Below, in pieces: positions 40,425 to 50,765 of a stretch of DNA of 64,000 nucleotides. The translations under genes and the position numbers were made by a program. Below the pieces are notes generated by a model. That model was not told the origin of the DNA, made no database searches, and saw only the letters and a program-made list of their open reading frames with translations. Each line of letters begins with the position of its first letter. Position 1 is the stretch's first letter. Source of the DNA: a virus; the IMG/VR virus record IMGVR_UViG_3300017971_000214, positions 1-64,000 of that record; one strand, given 5' to 3'.

Positions 40425-41453
40425 GTGAACGACAAGATCAAAGGTTCGATCGTTGGGCTCGCCTGCGGCGATGCTCTGGGGGCTCCCGTGGAGTTCCTGA
40501 ATCAGACGGAGCTGATCACTCGGTACGGCTCGGACGGTATCAGAGATCTCGAAGAGTCCTACGGAGTGGAGGGCGCGTACACCGACGACACGCAGATGAC
40601 CCTCTCAACTGCGGAGGGTGTCGTGGCGGCACGTACTGCAGAGGGGGATGGCATCAACGTCGACCCGGTGCCCTACATCTACGGGGCTTACATCGAGTGG
40701 CGCCGGGGCCAGCTCGACCACGCCAACAATCGCGGGCCGGGCAACACCTGCCTGAGTGCCCTTTCCGGGGGCGTAGCGGGGTCCTCAGCAGCCCCGGTGA
40801 ACAACAGCAAGGGTTGCGGTGGGGTCATGCGCGTCGCCCCTGTGGGGCTCGTCTACAGCGGTACACGGGCTTGGAAGTACGGGCTCGAAAGCGCCGCGTT
40901 GACGCACGGGCATGAGGGGGGATTCTTGCCAGCAGCCTTCCAGGCGCTGATGCTATCCAGAATCATGTCCGCGCCGGAGAAGGAAGCGCCGGCCAAGACG
41001 ATCACGGAGGCTGTGGGGGCGGCGATGAACATGCTCGAACGCTCCCCGAGAAGCGAAGACCGCGACACCTTCGCGGCGATGGTCACGCAGGCAATGAACT
41101 TGCACCGGCAGACCAAGTGGTCCGACGAGATGGTGCTGCGGAAGCTCGGCGCCGGATGGGTAGGCGATGAAGCATTGGCCATGTCGATCTTCTGCGCCAT
41201 GCGCTACCCCAACAGCTTCGAAGGCGCAGTCACCTCCGCGGTCAACTACTCCGGAGACCGGGACTCGGTGGGGTGCATCACGGGCGCCATCATGGGGGCG
41301 CTGCTGGGCTACTCTTCGATACCTGAACGCTGGGCGGCCAAGGTCGAGAACTACGACCTGCTCGTGTCCGTAGCCGAACAGCTCTCCGAAGCGCGCATCG
41401 AGCCCCCGCGTCGCCCTCAACCCCATCCTCCAAAGACGGTAGGCATCGACTAG
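40425..41453 (+). CDS. ADP-ribosylglycohydrolase (DraG/ARH family)
   Basis: GLACGDALGAPVEF, YTDDTQMT, SKGCGGVMRVAP, ALTHGH and GDRDSVGCITGA motifs. Confidence 0.92.
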   Translation: MNDKIKGSIVGLACGDALGAPVEFLNQTELITRYGSDGIRDLEESYGVEGAYTDDTQMTLSTAEGVVAARTAEGDGINVDPVPYIYGAYIEWRRGQLDHANNRGPGNTCLSALSGGVAGSSAAPVNNSKGCGGVMRVAPVGLVYSGTRAWKYGLESAALTHGHEGGFLPAAFQALMLSRIMSAPEKEAPAKTITEAVGAAMNMLERSPRSEDRDTFAAMVTQAMNLHRQTKWSDEMVLRKLGAGWVGDEALAMSIFCAMRYPNSFEGAVTSAVNYSGDRDSVGCITGAIMGALLGYSSIPERWAAKVENYDLLVSVAEQLSEARIEPPRRPQPHPPKTVGID

Positions 41454-41873
41454 GGTGAAGGTCGAGCTGAACAACATCAAGTTCAACAGCGTCGCGCAGG
41501 CGAGGTTCACCTTCGGCTCGGACGGCAGTGGGCAGAAGTCTACGACGGGCTACCGAGCCTCGAAGCAACTACCAGCAAATTGGATCAAAACCGTCTCCTG
41601 GCTCAACAAGGGGAAGATCCATATCGTTGCGCACGAGCCCATGTTCGCGCAGAAGGACAAGACCGTCCTCACCGTCCAGGTACTCCAACCCCCGGAGCAG
41701 CAGTGGCAGGGCTCCACATTCGTAGAAGACGCCCACACCGTGCTCGTCACGCTGATGCGCCTAGCTCCTCCAACCCACCCCCTTCCTGCTCCCTCAGATG
41801 ATCCCTTCGGCGGCTTGATGGCCCCAGGCGATTGCGGATTCGACCTCCTTGTCTGGACACGCTGAACCTCTCT

Positions 41874-41912
41874 CACTACAATTGTTGACCATTGGTGATG
41901 GTTCAGTACGCT
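41874..41912 (+). promoter_or_regulatory. CACTACAATTGTTGACC box promoter
   Basis: Sixth copy of the box; TTGACC..TACGCT. Confidence 0.65.
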
Positions 41913-41958
41913 GAGACTTAACCATCACGGACGACAGCTCACTGAAAGGACGCTTCGG

Positions 41959-42714
41959 ATGCATGAACCGGAGGACGTGATGGGTCTGAAGCCAGGAGAG
42001 AATCCGAGGCATGTGTTACCGAGACACGAGGAGCGCAAGTCGGTCTTTTACGAGTTCGATCTCGCAACGGTGGCGGAGGCCGCTGGGGTCAACTATCAGA
42101 CGGCACGCAAGGCGGTCAGCACGGGGCGCTTGCAGCTCAAGGACGCGACAGCGGCTGAGCGCTTGCGTTCGGTGGCGAGCTACATCCAGCGGGCGCTGGT
42201 GCACAAGAGCAAGCCCATCCACAGCGACGAGGCTGTAGGCATGCTGAGCCCCGAGATGAGAAAGTGGTGGGCCGATCGGTGGCCCACGTTTGAGCTGTAC
42301 CGATGCGCGCACCCCGGATGTGATGAGTTGCTGTTCGGCCCTGGAGCCTGCGCGGAGCACGGCGGGGAGAGAAGGCCGCTCATCAAGCTCGACACGGACG
42401 GCCATGTCGCGCTTCTGCTGGGACGAGACTATGTCCCGCTACATCGCCTCGTGGCGCAGACGCCGAAAGGTCAGCACACGCACCACCGAGACGGCAACCC
42501 GTGGAACAACCGCTGGCAGAACTTGGAGTCGTTGTCTCCTGCGGAGCACGAATCTCGGCACATGGGGAGTGTGCTGTCGGCCAAGGTCGTCAAGAAGCAG
42601 CCCCCACGCCGCCCCTTCCGTAGCGAAATGGGTGCGGTGTCGAAGGCGGAGATGCAGAAGAAGGTCGACGAAGCCTACATGCGGGGGCTGAAGGACGGGA
42701 AGAAACGAGCGTAG
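41959..42714 (+). CDS. HTH plus HNH endonuclease domain protein
   Basis: LATVAEAAGVNYQT HTH; LHRLV...HHRDGNPWNNRWQNL HNH motif. Confidence 0.75.
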   Translation: MHEPEDVMGLKPGENPRHVLPRHEERKSVFYEFDLATVAEAAGVNYQTARKAVSTGRLQLKDATAAERLRSVASYIQRALVHKSKPIHSDEAVGMLSPEMRKWWADRWPTFELYRCAHPGCDELLFGPGACAEHGGERRPLIKLDTDGHVALLLGRDYVPLHRLVAQTPKGQHTHHRDGNPWNNRWQNLESLSPAEHESRHMGSVLSAKVVKKQPPRRPFRSEMGAVSKAEMQKKVDEAYMRGLKDGKKRA

Positions 42715-42977
42715 CTCATGGCCGCGACGAAGGAAGAGATCAGAGCGTTCTACGAACAGATGCTTGACGAACACGTGGACCTCGCCGAAGAGCTGATGCA
42801 CCTCAGCCGCCGTCTAGTGCGCACGCGCGGCGTGAAGGTAACGCGCTGCGACTTCCTGAACGGACTTTCGATCACCACCATCGAAGACCCCTATGCGGAC
42901 CCTCGCGAGATGGTGCTGCGCAGCGGCATGAGCACAGCACTCGTCAAGCTGGAAGTCGACAAGCCGGAGGGGGACGA

Positions 42978-43637
42978 ATGAGCTGGCAACCTATCTGTCA
43001 TGGTGGACAGGTTCTTCGGACCAAGAAAGCCGCGAGGGAGCGAGCGCGGGAGATCCTGAACGGCTACAGCATCGGAGAGACCTTACTTCCCAAAGACTTG
43101 GCTTTCATGCTGTTGTTGTTTGAGCGGCACCCAGAGTTCGACTTGAAGCGGGGCTGCGGGATAGCATCTGTCCAGATCGAGAGTAACTGGAACAGCCGGG
43201 GGTTCTGGATCACCCGAGTGGACGGATCTAGGACAGACATCAGTTACCGTGCGTGCCTGTCCCCACCGACACACGAGCAGAACGTCAGGAACGCGATGCG
43301 TACCGAGATACGCGACCAGATCTGGGACTTCCGTAAGGAGCATCTGAAACCGGAAGCCCGCTGCTCTGTGACCGACGAACCGTTGACGTCCAACAACGTC
43401 CACGTAGATCACAAGTACCCGTTCGAGGATCTGCTGAGAGACTTTCTCGCCGCGTGGGGTTTGAGCGCGGATCAGATAACCATCCGTCCGACCTTTGACA
43501 AAGAGACGGACACGCTTTTGGCTGACCGCGCCCTGGCTGCTGCATGGCAGAAATACCATGGGGAACGCGCAGAGCTTCGGCTGGTGACGAGGTACGCTAA
43601 CCTCCACCTGTTGAGACGGAAGCCTGAGAGTCGATGA
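42978..43637 (+). CDS. DCL/DUF3223-family protein with an HNH-like C-terminus
   Basis: RHP...KRGCGI...FWITRVDGSRTDISYRACL; HVDH. Confidence 0.7.
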   Translation: MSWQPICHGGQVLRTKKAARERAREILNGYSIGETLLPKDLAFMLLLFERHPEFDLKRGCGIASVQIESNWNSRGFWITRVDGSRTDISYRACLSPPTHEQNVRNAMRTEIRDQIWDFRKEHLKPEARCSVTDEPLTSNNVHVDHKYPFEDLLRDFLAAWGLSADQITIRPTFDKETDTLLADRALAAAWQKYHGERAELRLVTRYANLHLLRRKPESR

Positions 43638-45148
43638 AAGGCCACAGGCGCAATCCACTTGGCCCCCTGCGGATACCGCAGGCCGCGTGGGATGAGATGT
43701 TCGAGGAGCTAGAGCCTGTTCGGCGCGAAAGCGACGGGCGGTTGCTCAAACGCTACAGGCTGGTGAAGTTCGGGGGCGTGCCCATCGAAGACGTTCCCAT
43801 CTGTGTCGAGGACCCGATGGACCAGCTCATTCACTGCGAGCTGATCGAACGCAAGCCGCTGCCGATGCCGAAGACCCCGTCCATTTTCTTCATGGACTAT
43901 TCCTACGGATCGGACGATCCTGAAGGGACAGAGGGAGAAGACCCATGCGAGTGAAGTGCCCCAAGTGCGAACGTGAGTACCCGATTGCTCGGGGAAGTGA
44001 GGTCATCTGCCCCTGCGGGCACCGCTTCCCTGTGAAGGGCAACGAGGTGAAGCTACCGGAGATCTTCTGCGACGAGGACTTCTTCACCCAGCCTTGCCTT
44101 CAGCCTGTGTCGGACAACAAGCCGACGAGCACGGAGGAAGACATCGAGTACTTCCAGAAGAATCTGTACGCCGCCATGGGCATCCCGCCGGACATGCTGG
44201 GGAGGTAGCCATGTGTTTCCACTGCCGCCCCTATCCTCACTGCGAAGTGGTTCTGCAGATCGAACGTCCTTCGGAAGAAGAGCTGCACCTGACCGTCATC
44301 AAGGGCCGCTCGACTCCAGCCGAGGTTCGCTTCGACACTGCCGAGGACGGGTCCGATGTTGTGGAGGTCGCGGTCGCTCCCAACCGCCCGGCCGAACACA
44401 TCAGGTTCAAGTTCGAGCAAGGAGATGGCGACTAGCCCGACAACACGGCACCGTGCCAACGGTGCGGAGAGCCGTGGCCTACGTTTCTCGACCCCGAGGA
44501 GTTCCACATCGACGGGCACTACTGCCTCGGGTGTAGGGCTTTGCGCCAGCGGGAGCGAGAGGCGGTGAGAAGGGGGGAAGCAAAGTGGTTAAGGTCCCCA
44601 CCATGGAAGTCCTAGACACCTACAAGTTCCAAGGTCCGGGTTTCGTAGCAGTGCTGCGTCGCTCTGAGTGCCCCGACGAGGTCCGTCAGGGCGACCGGGT
44701 GGAAGGGTCGGACGGCCGTAGGTGGGCCATCCGCGGGGTGCTTCCCGGAACGGCTGTGGTGGGACAGTCCTTCAACGAGCCCATCATTGGACTCATGCTC
44801 GAAGGGCGCGGAGAACCCAGGATCGGCAAACCCCTGGTGCTCGTGAGCGAGGGTAACGGAGACGCCATCTGGTTTTCTTCCGAGCAGGCCAGAGCTGTCC
44901 TTCACATCCTACGTACCGTCGACATCTGGTCGAAGTACGAAGGCTGCAACCCCGACAGCGCCGGACTGAAGAAGCTGCCTTTGCACGCCAAGCACTTCGA
45001 AGAAGCTCGCACCGAAGGACTGATGGATCAGCTGCGGGTCATCGGCTACGGCGCTCCCAAGAAGTCGTCGAAGAACTCCGCTTGACAATTGCGTAGCGCA
45101 TTGATACAACGGTAGAGCTAAGGACGGCAGTTACCGAAAGGATCGAAG

Positions 45149-46207
45149 ATGGACGAGCTACAGCAGTACATGGGCATTCACGTCGACCACAACTACCTGT
45201 GCCGCGTTCGCGGGCAGGAAAACGGGGGGTGGAACGGCGACAAGGATTGGCAGGGGCACATCAAGTTCCACGCCGAGATGGACGGCCATAAGCTCGTTCC
45301 TCGCTACTTCGAGTCTGACATCGAGGGGCTGCGAAAGCAGGACCACGAGACGGCTCAGGTGGTCGACATCTCTTTCCCCGAACGGTCGGACGAACAGAAG
45401 GAGATCTCCCTGCGCCTTCGGATGCCGGACGGGTCGGAGTTCATGTACACCTTCCAATTCCACCGGTCCTCAGTCCCGAACCTCGTGAGCTTCGTGCGCA
45501 ACAGCCTTGGCGAGTTGGAGCCTCGGTCGGCATTGATCGAGTCAGCCACGACTCGCGAGAAGGCGGCCCCGCTGTTCGCCAATCCGAACGACGCCCTACG
45601 GCCTGCGGATCCGGACGAGGTGGACAAGAGTGCGGTCATGGGTGTGGTGGGCTACGCGACGGACAAGGAAGGCCAGCTGGCGGAGGAAGCGAAGATCGTC
45701 GACTACGCGCCGAGCTTGGACGACCAGAAGCTCATCGTGTTTTGGGAGAAGATGTTGGGGCGTGGGGATGTCGTCGGCGACCCCATCATCGCGCGGACTG
45801 CTTCCGTGGCGCTCATTCGGACCGCCATGCGCGAGCCCGGTAGGATCGTTCCCCTCGCAGCGGTTTGGGGGGCGAGCCGCCGCCTGCTCCATCGGACCAT
45901 CCAGTCCGTTCTTGCCTGCTCCGGTCTATGGCGCTTCGCCAAGAACAACGAGCACACCATCTGCTTCGTCAAGCCCGAGGGGGAAGACAGCTACGACTGG
46001 GGCCGGCTCTGCGAGCAGTGGCTCGCGCCCATCGAGGAGCTGAAGATCGAGGTCCACGCTATCCCCGAGTCCTCGGTGACCAGCATCCCCGGCGACAAGG
46101 CGACCAGCGAGGCGATGAAGGAAGCCCTGGACATGTGCCGTCGTCTCGATGACGAGCACCCCATGGCTCATCACCCGGCCACGCCCCGCAACCCCTTCGA
46201 GAAGTGA
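45149..46207 (+). CDS. hypothetical protein
   Basis: 352 aa ORF after the TTGACA promoter at 45082. Confidence 0.7.
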   Translation: MDELQQYMGIHVDHNYLCRVRGQENGGWNGDKDWQGHIKFHAEMDGHKLVPRYFESDIEGLRKQDHETAQVVDISFPERSDEQKEISLRLRMPDGSEFMYTFQFHRSSVPNLVSFVRNSLGELEPRSALIESATTREKAAPLFANPNDALRPADPDEVDKSAVMGVVGYATDKEGQLAEEAKIVDYAPSLDDQKLIVFWEKMLGRGDVVGDPIIARTASVALIRTAMREPGRIVPLAAVWGASRRLLHRTIQSVLACSGLWRFAKNNEHTICFVKPEGEDSYDWGRLCEQWLAPIEELKIEVHAIPESSVTSIPGDKATSEAMKEALDMCRRLDDEHPMAHHPATPRNPFEK

Positions 46208-47188
46208 TCACTCTCGGCGAACTGGAAGACCTTGTGGGTCGGGCGGCGTCCGCCTCTGAAAATGTGAACGACCCTGCCTTGGCCCACACCCTCCGGGCTC
46301 TCTCGGAGGCGGCCGACTGCGCCCATGCCGCCCTGTTCCGGAAGCTCGTGCAGGACGGAATGCTGAGGGAGGCCCGCGGCAAGATGCCGGAGGAGCCCGT
46401 GGAGGCCCCTAGCAGCCCTCCAGAGGCCCCGGAGGAGCCTGAGGCGGGCGAGGATATCCCCGAGGCGGAAGACGTCTCCAGGAGTCCTCTAGCGGAGGTA
46501 GACCGCAAGTTGGCGGAGGGGCCTGTTTTCCGAGTCCGCCCCCGCAGCTCGACCCGGCGGTGTTCGGTGTGCGGGGAGCCTCAGTGGAAGCGGGCGTCGG
46601 GGTGGGTGTGCAATCGGGGGCACGAGGGAGCAGAGCCGCTGGACGAGTGACATGATCGTCACGTCTTGAGCTTCTGGGCATCTTAGCCTAGAGTATCCCC
46701 CATGCCTCTACTCACCGAAGAACAGAAGCGGCTCATGGGGATCGAACCCCGCGACTTCGGCGGCATGCCTGCCATGTTCCAGCCCGGAGCCTTCCAAGAG
46801 ATGTCTGCCGAGGAGCTGGCAGAGGCCAAGAAGAAGGCCAAGAAGAAGAAGGCCAAGGGCCGGAAGAAGAGGACCGAGGGTCGCCGGTCGCTGACCCTGT
46901 TCCCCACCACGGAGGCCATGGTCAACGCTCTGGAGCGGGCCAACAAGCTCATCCAGCGGGTGAACGCCACGGTCAACCGCGAGCGCCAGGGGTCCTCGGG
47001 CACCGTCATGAATGAGAAGGCGCGCGCCGACATGTACCGGCTCGACCAAGAGCTAGCCACGGCCATGGACGCCGTGCGTTCGGCGAGCGACGCTCTGGAG
47101 TGCATCGAGCAGGCCAAGAAGATGGCTGCCCGCGAGGCGCGCCAAGCCCGCCGTCAGGGCCGCTAGTTCCCCCCACACCTCCGGGAAG

Positions 47189-47217
47189 AAAGGTCGATCT
47201 TCGGGTCGGCCTTTTTT
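47189..47217 (+). terminator. rho-independent terminator
   Basis: Stem with a cUUCGg loop followed by T6, downstream of the ORF ending at 47166. Confidence 0.75.
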
Positions 47218-47227
47218 GATCTTCCTG

Positions 47228-47256
47228 TTGACAATCCTTTTCCTATGTGATATTGT
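47228..47256 (+). promoter_or_regulatory. sigma70 promoter of the helicase gene
   Basis: TTGACA-17 bp-TATTGT. Confidence 0.75.
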
Positions 47257-47287
47257 TTTTACGTACCCTGGGAGAAGGACAGAGCAG

Positions 47288-50071
47288 ATGGGACGAAAAG
47301 CATGGGCGAATCGGCGGAGCGGAACCTGCGAGGCGTGCGGCACTTCGGTGGCGGCGCAGGCCGGCTGGGTGTACCGGGACGATGCGGGTTCCTGGAAGGT
47401 GTGCTGCAAGAGCGCGGTGTGCGGGACGCAGCTCGGCCTCGCTGGGGCGGCCCCCGAGGCGGCGGAGACGCGGGAGCTGACGGCGGACGGTCGCGTACTG
47501 ATGCCCTACGAGAAAGCAGCGCTCCCCTTGCTGCGGGCGATGCCGGGCGCGCGGTTCGACCGTGACGCCTCCCCGAAGTGTTGGCGCGTGTCACTGGATC
47601 CCGGTGACCGGGACCGGCTCTTGGAGCTAGCGGACGAGCTGAAGCTCGCCGTGGCCCCCGAGCTGCGCACCGTGTCGGAGGACATCGAAGCGTTGTCCAA
47701 GCAGCTCATCGCGGACGGCCTGTACCCCTTCCAGGTGAAGGGCGTGTGTTGGTTGCGGCAGCGACGCCGCGCGTTGCTCGGCGACTCGATGGGACTAGGA
47801 AAAACCATCCAAGTCTTGTTTGCCCTACCCCATCCAAAGGGGTACGGTAAGAATCATGCCGAGAGGAGTGTATCCGAGAACGTCAAATCAGCTCAGAGCC
47901 GCCAAGGAGAATCTAGCCAAGGGGCGGCAGCCGAATGCTCGGCGAAAAGCAAAAGCGACGATGCGGAAGACAGCTCAGACGCCGGAGTGGCGCGCAAAGG
48001 TAAGCGAGGCCACGCGTCGTGCGATGCAGCGTCCCGAAGTGCGAGAGAAGCATCTCAAAGGTCTGAAGGGGAATCCAGTAGGATTCAAGGGGGGAAACGG
48101 ACAGCCTCCAGTTCCGATAGTCGAGTTGGCGGCCATTTTTCTGGAGCCTCTGGGGTTCGTGAGGGAGCTACCAATACGGACGAAAGGCCACGGAACGGAG
48201 TTGCGAGCACCGACACACTACAAGGCAGATTTAGGCCAGCCGGAACTGAAGATCGTAGTGGAACTGGACGGTCCGAGTCATTGGAACAAGCGCCAGCAGG
48301 ACAAGGATCGGAAGAAGACCGAAATCCTGGAAGCACTGGGTTGGACGGTGATCCGCATCCAGCACGGGCGATCGTCATCTGCCCGGCGAGTCTCAAGCTG
48401 AACTGGCGCGACGAGTGCAAGCGGTGGCGTCCGGGCCTGAAGCCTGTCGTGCTCTCGGGTCGCGGCAGCTTCCGGCACCCCGAAGCTGGAGAGGTCATCA
48501 TCACGAACTACGACATCTTGCCGAAGCTACCCCGCTGCACCTGCAAGGCGCACGGTCAGCTGAAGTACGTATCGGGCACCTGGGAGTGGGTGTGCGAGAA
48601 GTGCTCCAAGAAGAGCAACGCCACGGTGACCATCAAGGCCGACCCCGTGCTCGACCTCTCGGGCAAGGGGATCGTCGTGGTCGCCGACGAGTCCACCGCG
48701 GTCAAGAACTTCAAGGCCATCCGGTCCAAGGTCTTCAAGGCGCTCGCCGTCACCGCCGACAAGGTGTGGCAGCTGTCGGGCACCCCGATGCTCAACCGCC
48801 CGTTTGACCTCTACGGGATGCTCCAGTCCGGAGACATGGCCTACGAGGTGTTCGGTGGCTGGAGGTCCTTCCTCCGCTGCTTCAACGGCTACAAGAACCG
48901 GTGGGGCGGCTACGAGTTCGGCGAGCCTCTTCCCGAGACCCCTGAGCGCCTGCGCCGTGTGATGCTGCGCCGGCTCAAGACCGAGGTGCTGACTGATCTC
49001 CCTGAGGTCACCTACCAGACCCTCACCGTCAACAGTCTCGACAAGGGCCTGAAGGCGGAGCTGGACGCCGCGTGGAGCGCCTGGAACGACGAGGCCGAAG
49101 CACTCGACGGGCTCGCCGATGGTGCCCCCGCAGACCTTCCTCCCTTCGAGCAGTTCTCGAAGCTGCGCGCGAAGCTCGCTGCCAGCCGCATCAACGCGAT
49201 GCTTGATCTGGTCGAGCAGTACGAGGACAACGAGCAGCCGCTCATCGTCTTCTCCGCGCATCGCGCCCCCATCGACACCTTGGCCAAGCGCGAGGGGTGG
49301 GCCGTCATCACCGGCGACACCAACGCTGAGGCCCGCAACGAGGCCGTCAAGCGCTTCCAGAGCGGCGAGCTGAAGGGCATCGGCCTGACCATCAAGGCCG
49401 GCGGCTACGGGCTCACGCTGACCCGCGGCAGCCACCTTCTGTTCGTCGACCTCGAATGGACCCCCTCCGCCAACGCGCAGGCAGAGGACCGGGCTCGTCG
49501 TATCGGGCAGACCGCCGACTCGATTCAGGTCACCCGCATGGTCTCCGACCACCCGCTCGACCAGCACGTCCTACGGCTTCTCGCTGAGAAGACCGCCATG
49601 ATCTTCAAGGCTGTCGAAGCCGAGGTGCAGTACAAGCGGGCGCCCAAGCCCAAAACCGCCCAGCCCAGCGGTTGGGTGCAGGAGAGCGACGCGGACCAGC
49701 AGGCGCGCAAGGATGCCATCGAGCAGGCCGCCAAGGAGGCCGAGAAGGCTCAGGCGCAGAAGCGCATCGACAAGATCATCCTCCAGGAAAAGGACCGTCA
49801 GGGCACCGCTCCGGGCGAGACCTTGGAGCTGACCTCCGAAGTCCGCCAGGCTCTCACCGATGCCTTCTACTTCATGAAGAGCGTCTGCGATGGCGCGCAG
49901 GAGAAGGACGGCCAAGGGTTCTCCAAGCCCGACGTCTACCGCACCGCGTTCCTCGCATCGTGGATGGACACCGGAGAGGAGACCGCGTTCCGCGCGGCGG
50001 CCATGATCCTCTGCCGCTACAGGCGGCAGCTCGGCAAGCAGTTCCCCATCCTTTTCAAGAAGGCGGCTTGA
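47288..50071 (+). CDS. SNF2/HARP-like helicase with a 175-codon in-frame insertion
   Basis: LYPFQ, DSMGLGKT, VICPASLKLNW, ADES, LSGTPMLN, GYGLTL and QAEDRARRIGQ motifs. Confidence 0.9.
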   Translation: MGRKAWANRRSGTCEACGTSVAAQAGWVYRDDAGSWKVCCKSAVCGTQLGLAGAAPEAAETRELTADGRVLMPYEKAALPLLRAMPGARFDRDASPKCWRVSLDPGDRDRLLELADELKLAVAPELRTVSEDIEALSKQLIADGLYPFQVKGVCWLRQRRRALLGDSMGLGKTIQVLFALPHPKGYGKNHAERSVSENVKSAQSRQGESSQGAAAECSAKSKSDDAEDSSDAGVARKGKRGHASCDAASRSAREASQRSEGESSRIQGGKRTASSSDSRVGGHFSGASGVREGATNTDERPRNGVASTDTLQGRFRPAGTEDRSGTGRSESLEQAPAGQGSEEDRNPGSTGLDGDPHPARAIVICPASLKLNWRDECKRWRPGLKPVVLSGRGSFRHPEAGEVIITNYDILPKLPRCTCKAHGQLKYVSGTWEWVCEKCSKKSNATVTIKADPVLDLSGKGIVVVADESTAVKNFKAIRSKVFKALAVTADKVWQLSGTPMLNRPFDLYGMLQSGDMAYEVFGGWRSFLRCFNGYKNRWGGYEFGEPLPETPERLRRVMLRRLKTEVLTDLPEVTYQTLTVNSLDKGLKAELDAAWSAWNDEAEALDGLADGAPADLPPFEQFSKLRAKLAASRINAMLDLVEQYEDNEQPLIVFSAHRAPIDTLAKREGWAVITGDTNAEARNEAVKRFQSGELKGIGLTIKAGGYGLTLTRGSHLLFVDLEWTPSANAQAEDRARRIGQTADSIQVTRMVSDHPLDQHVLRLLAEKTAMIFKAVEAEVQYKRAPKPKTAQPSGWVQESDADQQARKDAIEQAAKEAEKAQAQKRIDKIILQEKDRQGTAPGETLELTSEVRQALTDAFYFMKSVCDGAQEKDGQGFSKPDVYRTAFLASWMDTGEETAFRAAAMILCRYRRQLGKQFPILFKKAA
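47856..48401 (+). mobile_element. nested +1-frame DUF559/Vsr-like putative homing endonuclease
   Basis: Basic helical N-terminus followed by YKADL...VVELDGPSH...D.KK...L...GWTVIRI. Confidence 0.8.
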
Positions 50072-50072
50072 G

Positions 50073-50588
50073 ATGTCGAAGGGAAAGAAGCGCAGGAAGG
50101 GCGAGCCCACAGGAAAGCAGCGCCGACGAGAGAAGGCCCGGCTCCGATTCGTGCGGACGGTTCAGGACTTCTGGTCTGACTTCGAGGAGTGCCCTCTGTC
50201 CGAGGACTACATCAAGGCGAACCCCAAGGCCGTGGAACAAGGAGACCGCATGTTCTGGAACAGTCGCTACCACGTGTGGCTGCGCGACTTCCACTCCGAG
50301 GCGTTCGACACGACCATAACGCACCTGTCGATCAAACGGAACGACAAGGAGCCGTTGCACGACTGGAGAGATCTGCAGAGGATCAAGAACGAGCTGTGCG
50401 GCGAAGAACGAGAGGCCATCGAGCTGTACCCTGCGGAGTCGCGGACTGTCGATTTGGCAAATCAGTATCACCTCTGGGTGTTCCCGGAAGGGGTGAGGGT
50501 GCCCCTAGGATTCTTCGAGGGGCAGATGAAGGGCACACCGAAAGAAGCGGAAGAGATAGGCGCGAAGCAACGTAGGTTCGAGAGCTGA
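50073..50588 (+). CDS. conserved-type phage hypothetical protein
   Basis: HLSIKR...WRDLQRIKNE...EAIELYPAES...N.YHLW. Confidence 0.7.
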   Translation: MSKGKKRRKGEPTGKQRRREKARLRFVRTVQDFWSDFEECPLSEDYIKANPKAVEQGDRMFWNSRYHVWLRDFHSEAFDTTITHLSIKRNDKEPLHDWRDLQRIKNELCGEEREAIELYPAESRTVDLANQYHLWVFPEGVRVPLGFFEGQMKGTPKEAEEIGAKQRRFES

Positions 50589-50765
50589 AACCCCTTGCTT
50601 TCTAGCAAGAACTGAGCCGGGCACGGACTAGAGATCGACCTCAAAGTCTTGCCCGGTTGTTCTTTTTTGCTGTAGGGTCCGTACCGCAACGACAACTAAC
50701 CGCGAGGAGTGCCGAGGATCACGCTTGGTGCGTGACGGCCCTCGCCGAACCGTTGAGAGGAGTGG

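Noticed and set aside
47837-48361. Intein or group I intron in the helicase
   Set aside because: There is no N-terminal Cys/Ser block A or His-Asn end, and no room for an intron core outside the nested ORF. Not excluded experimentally.
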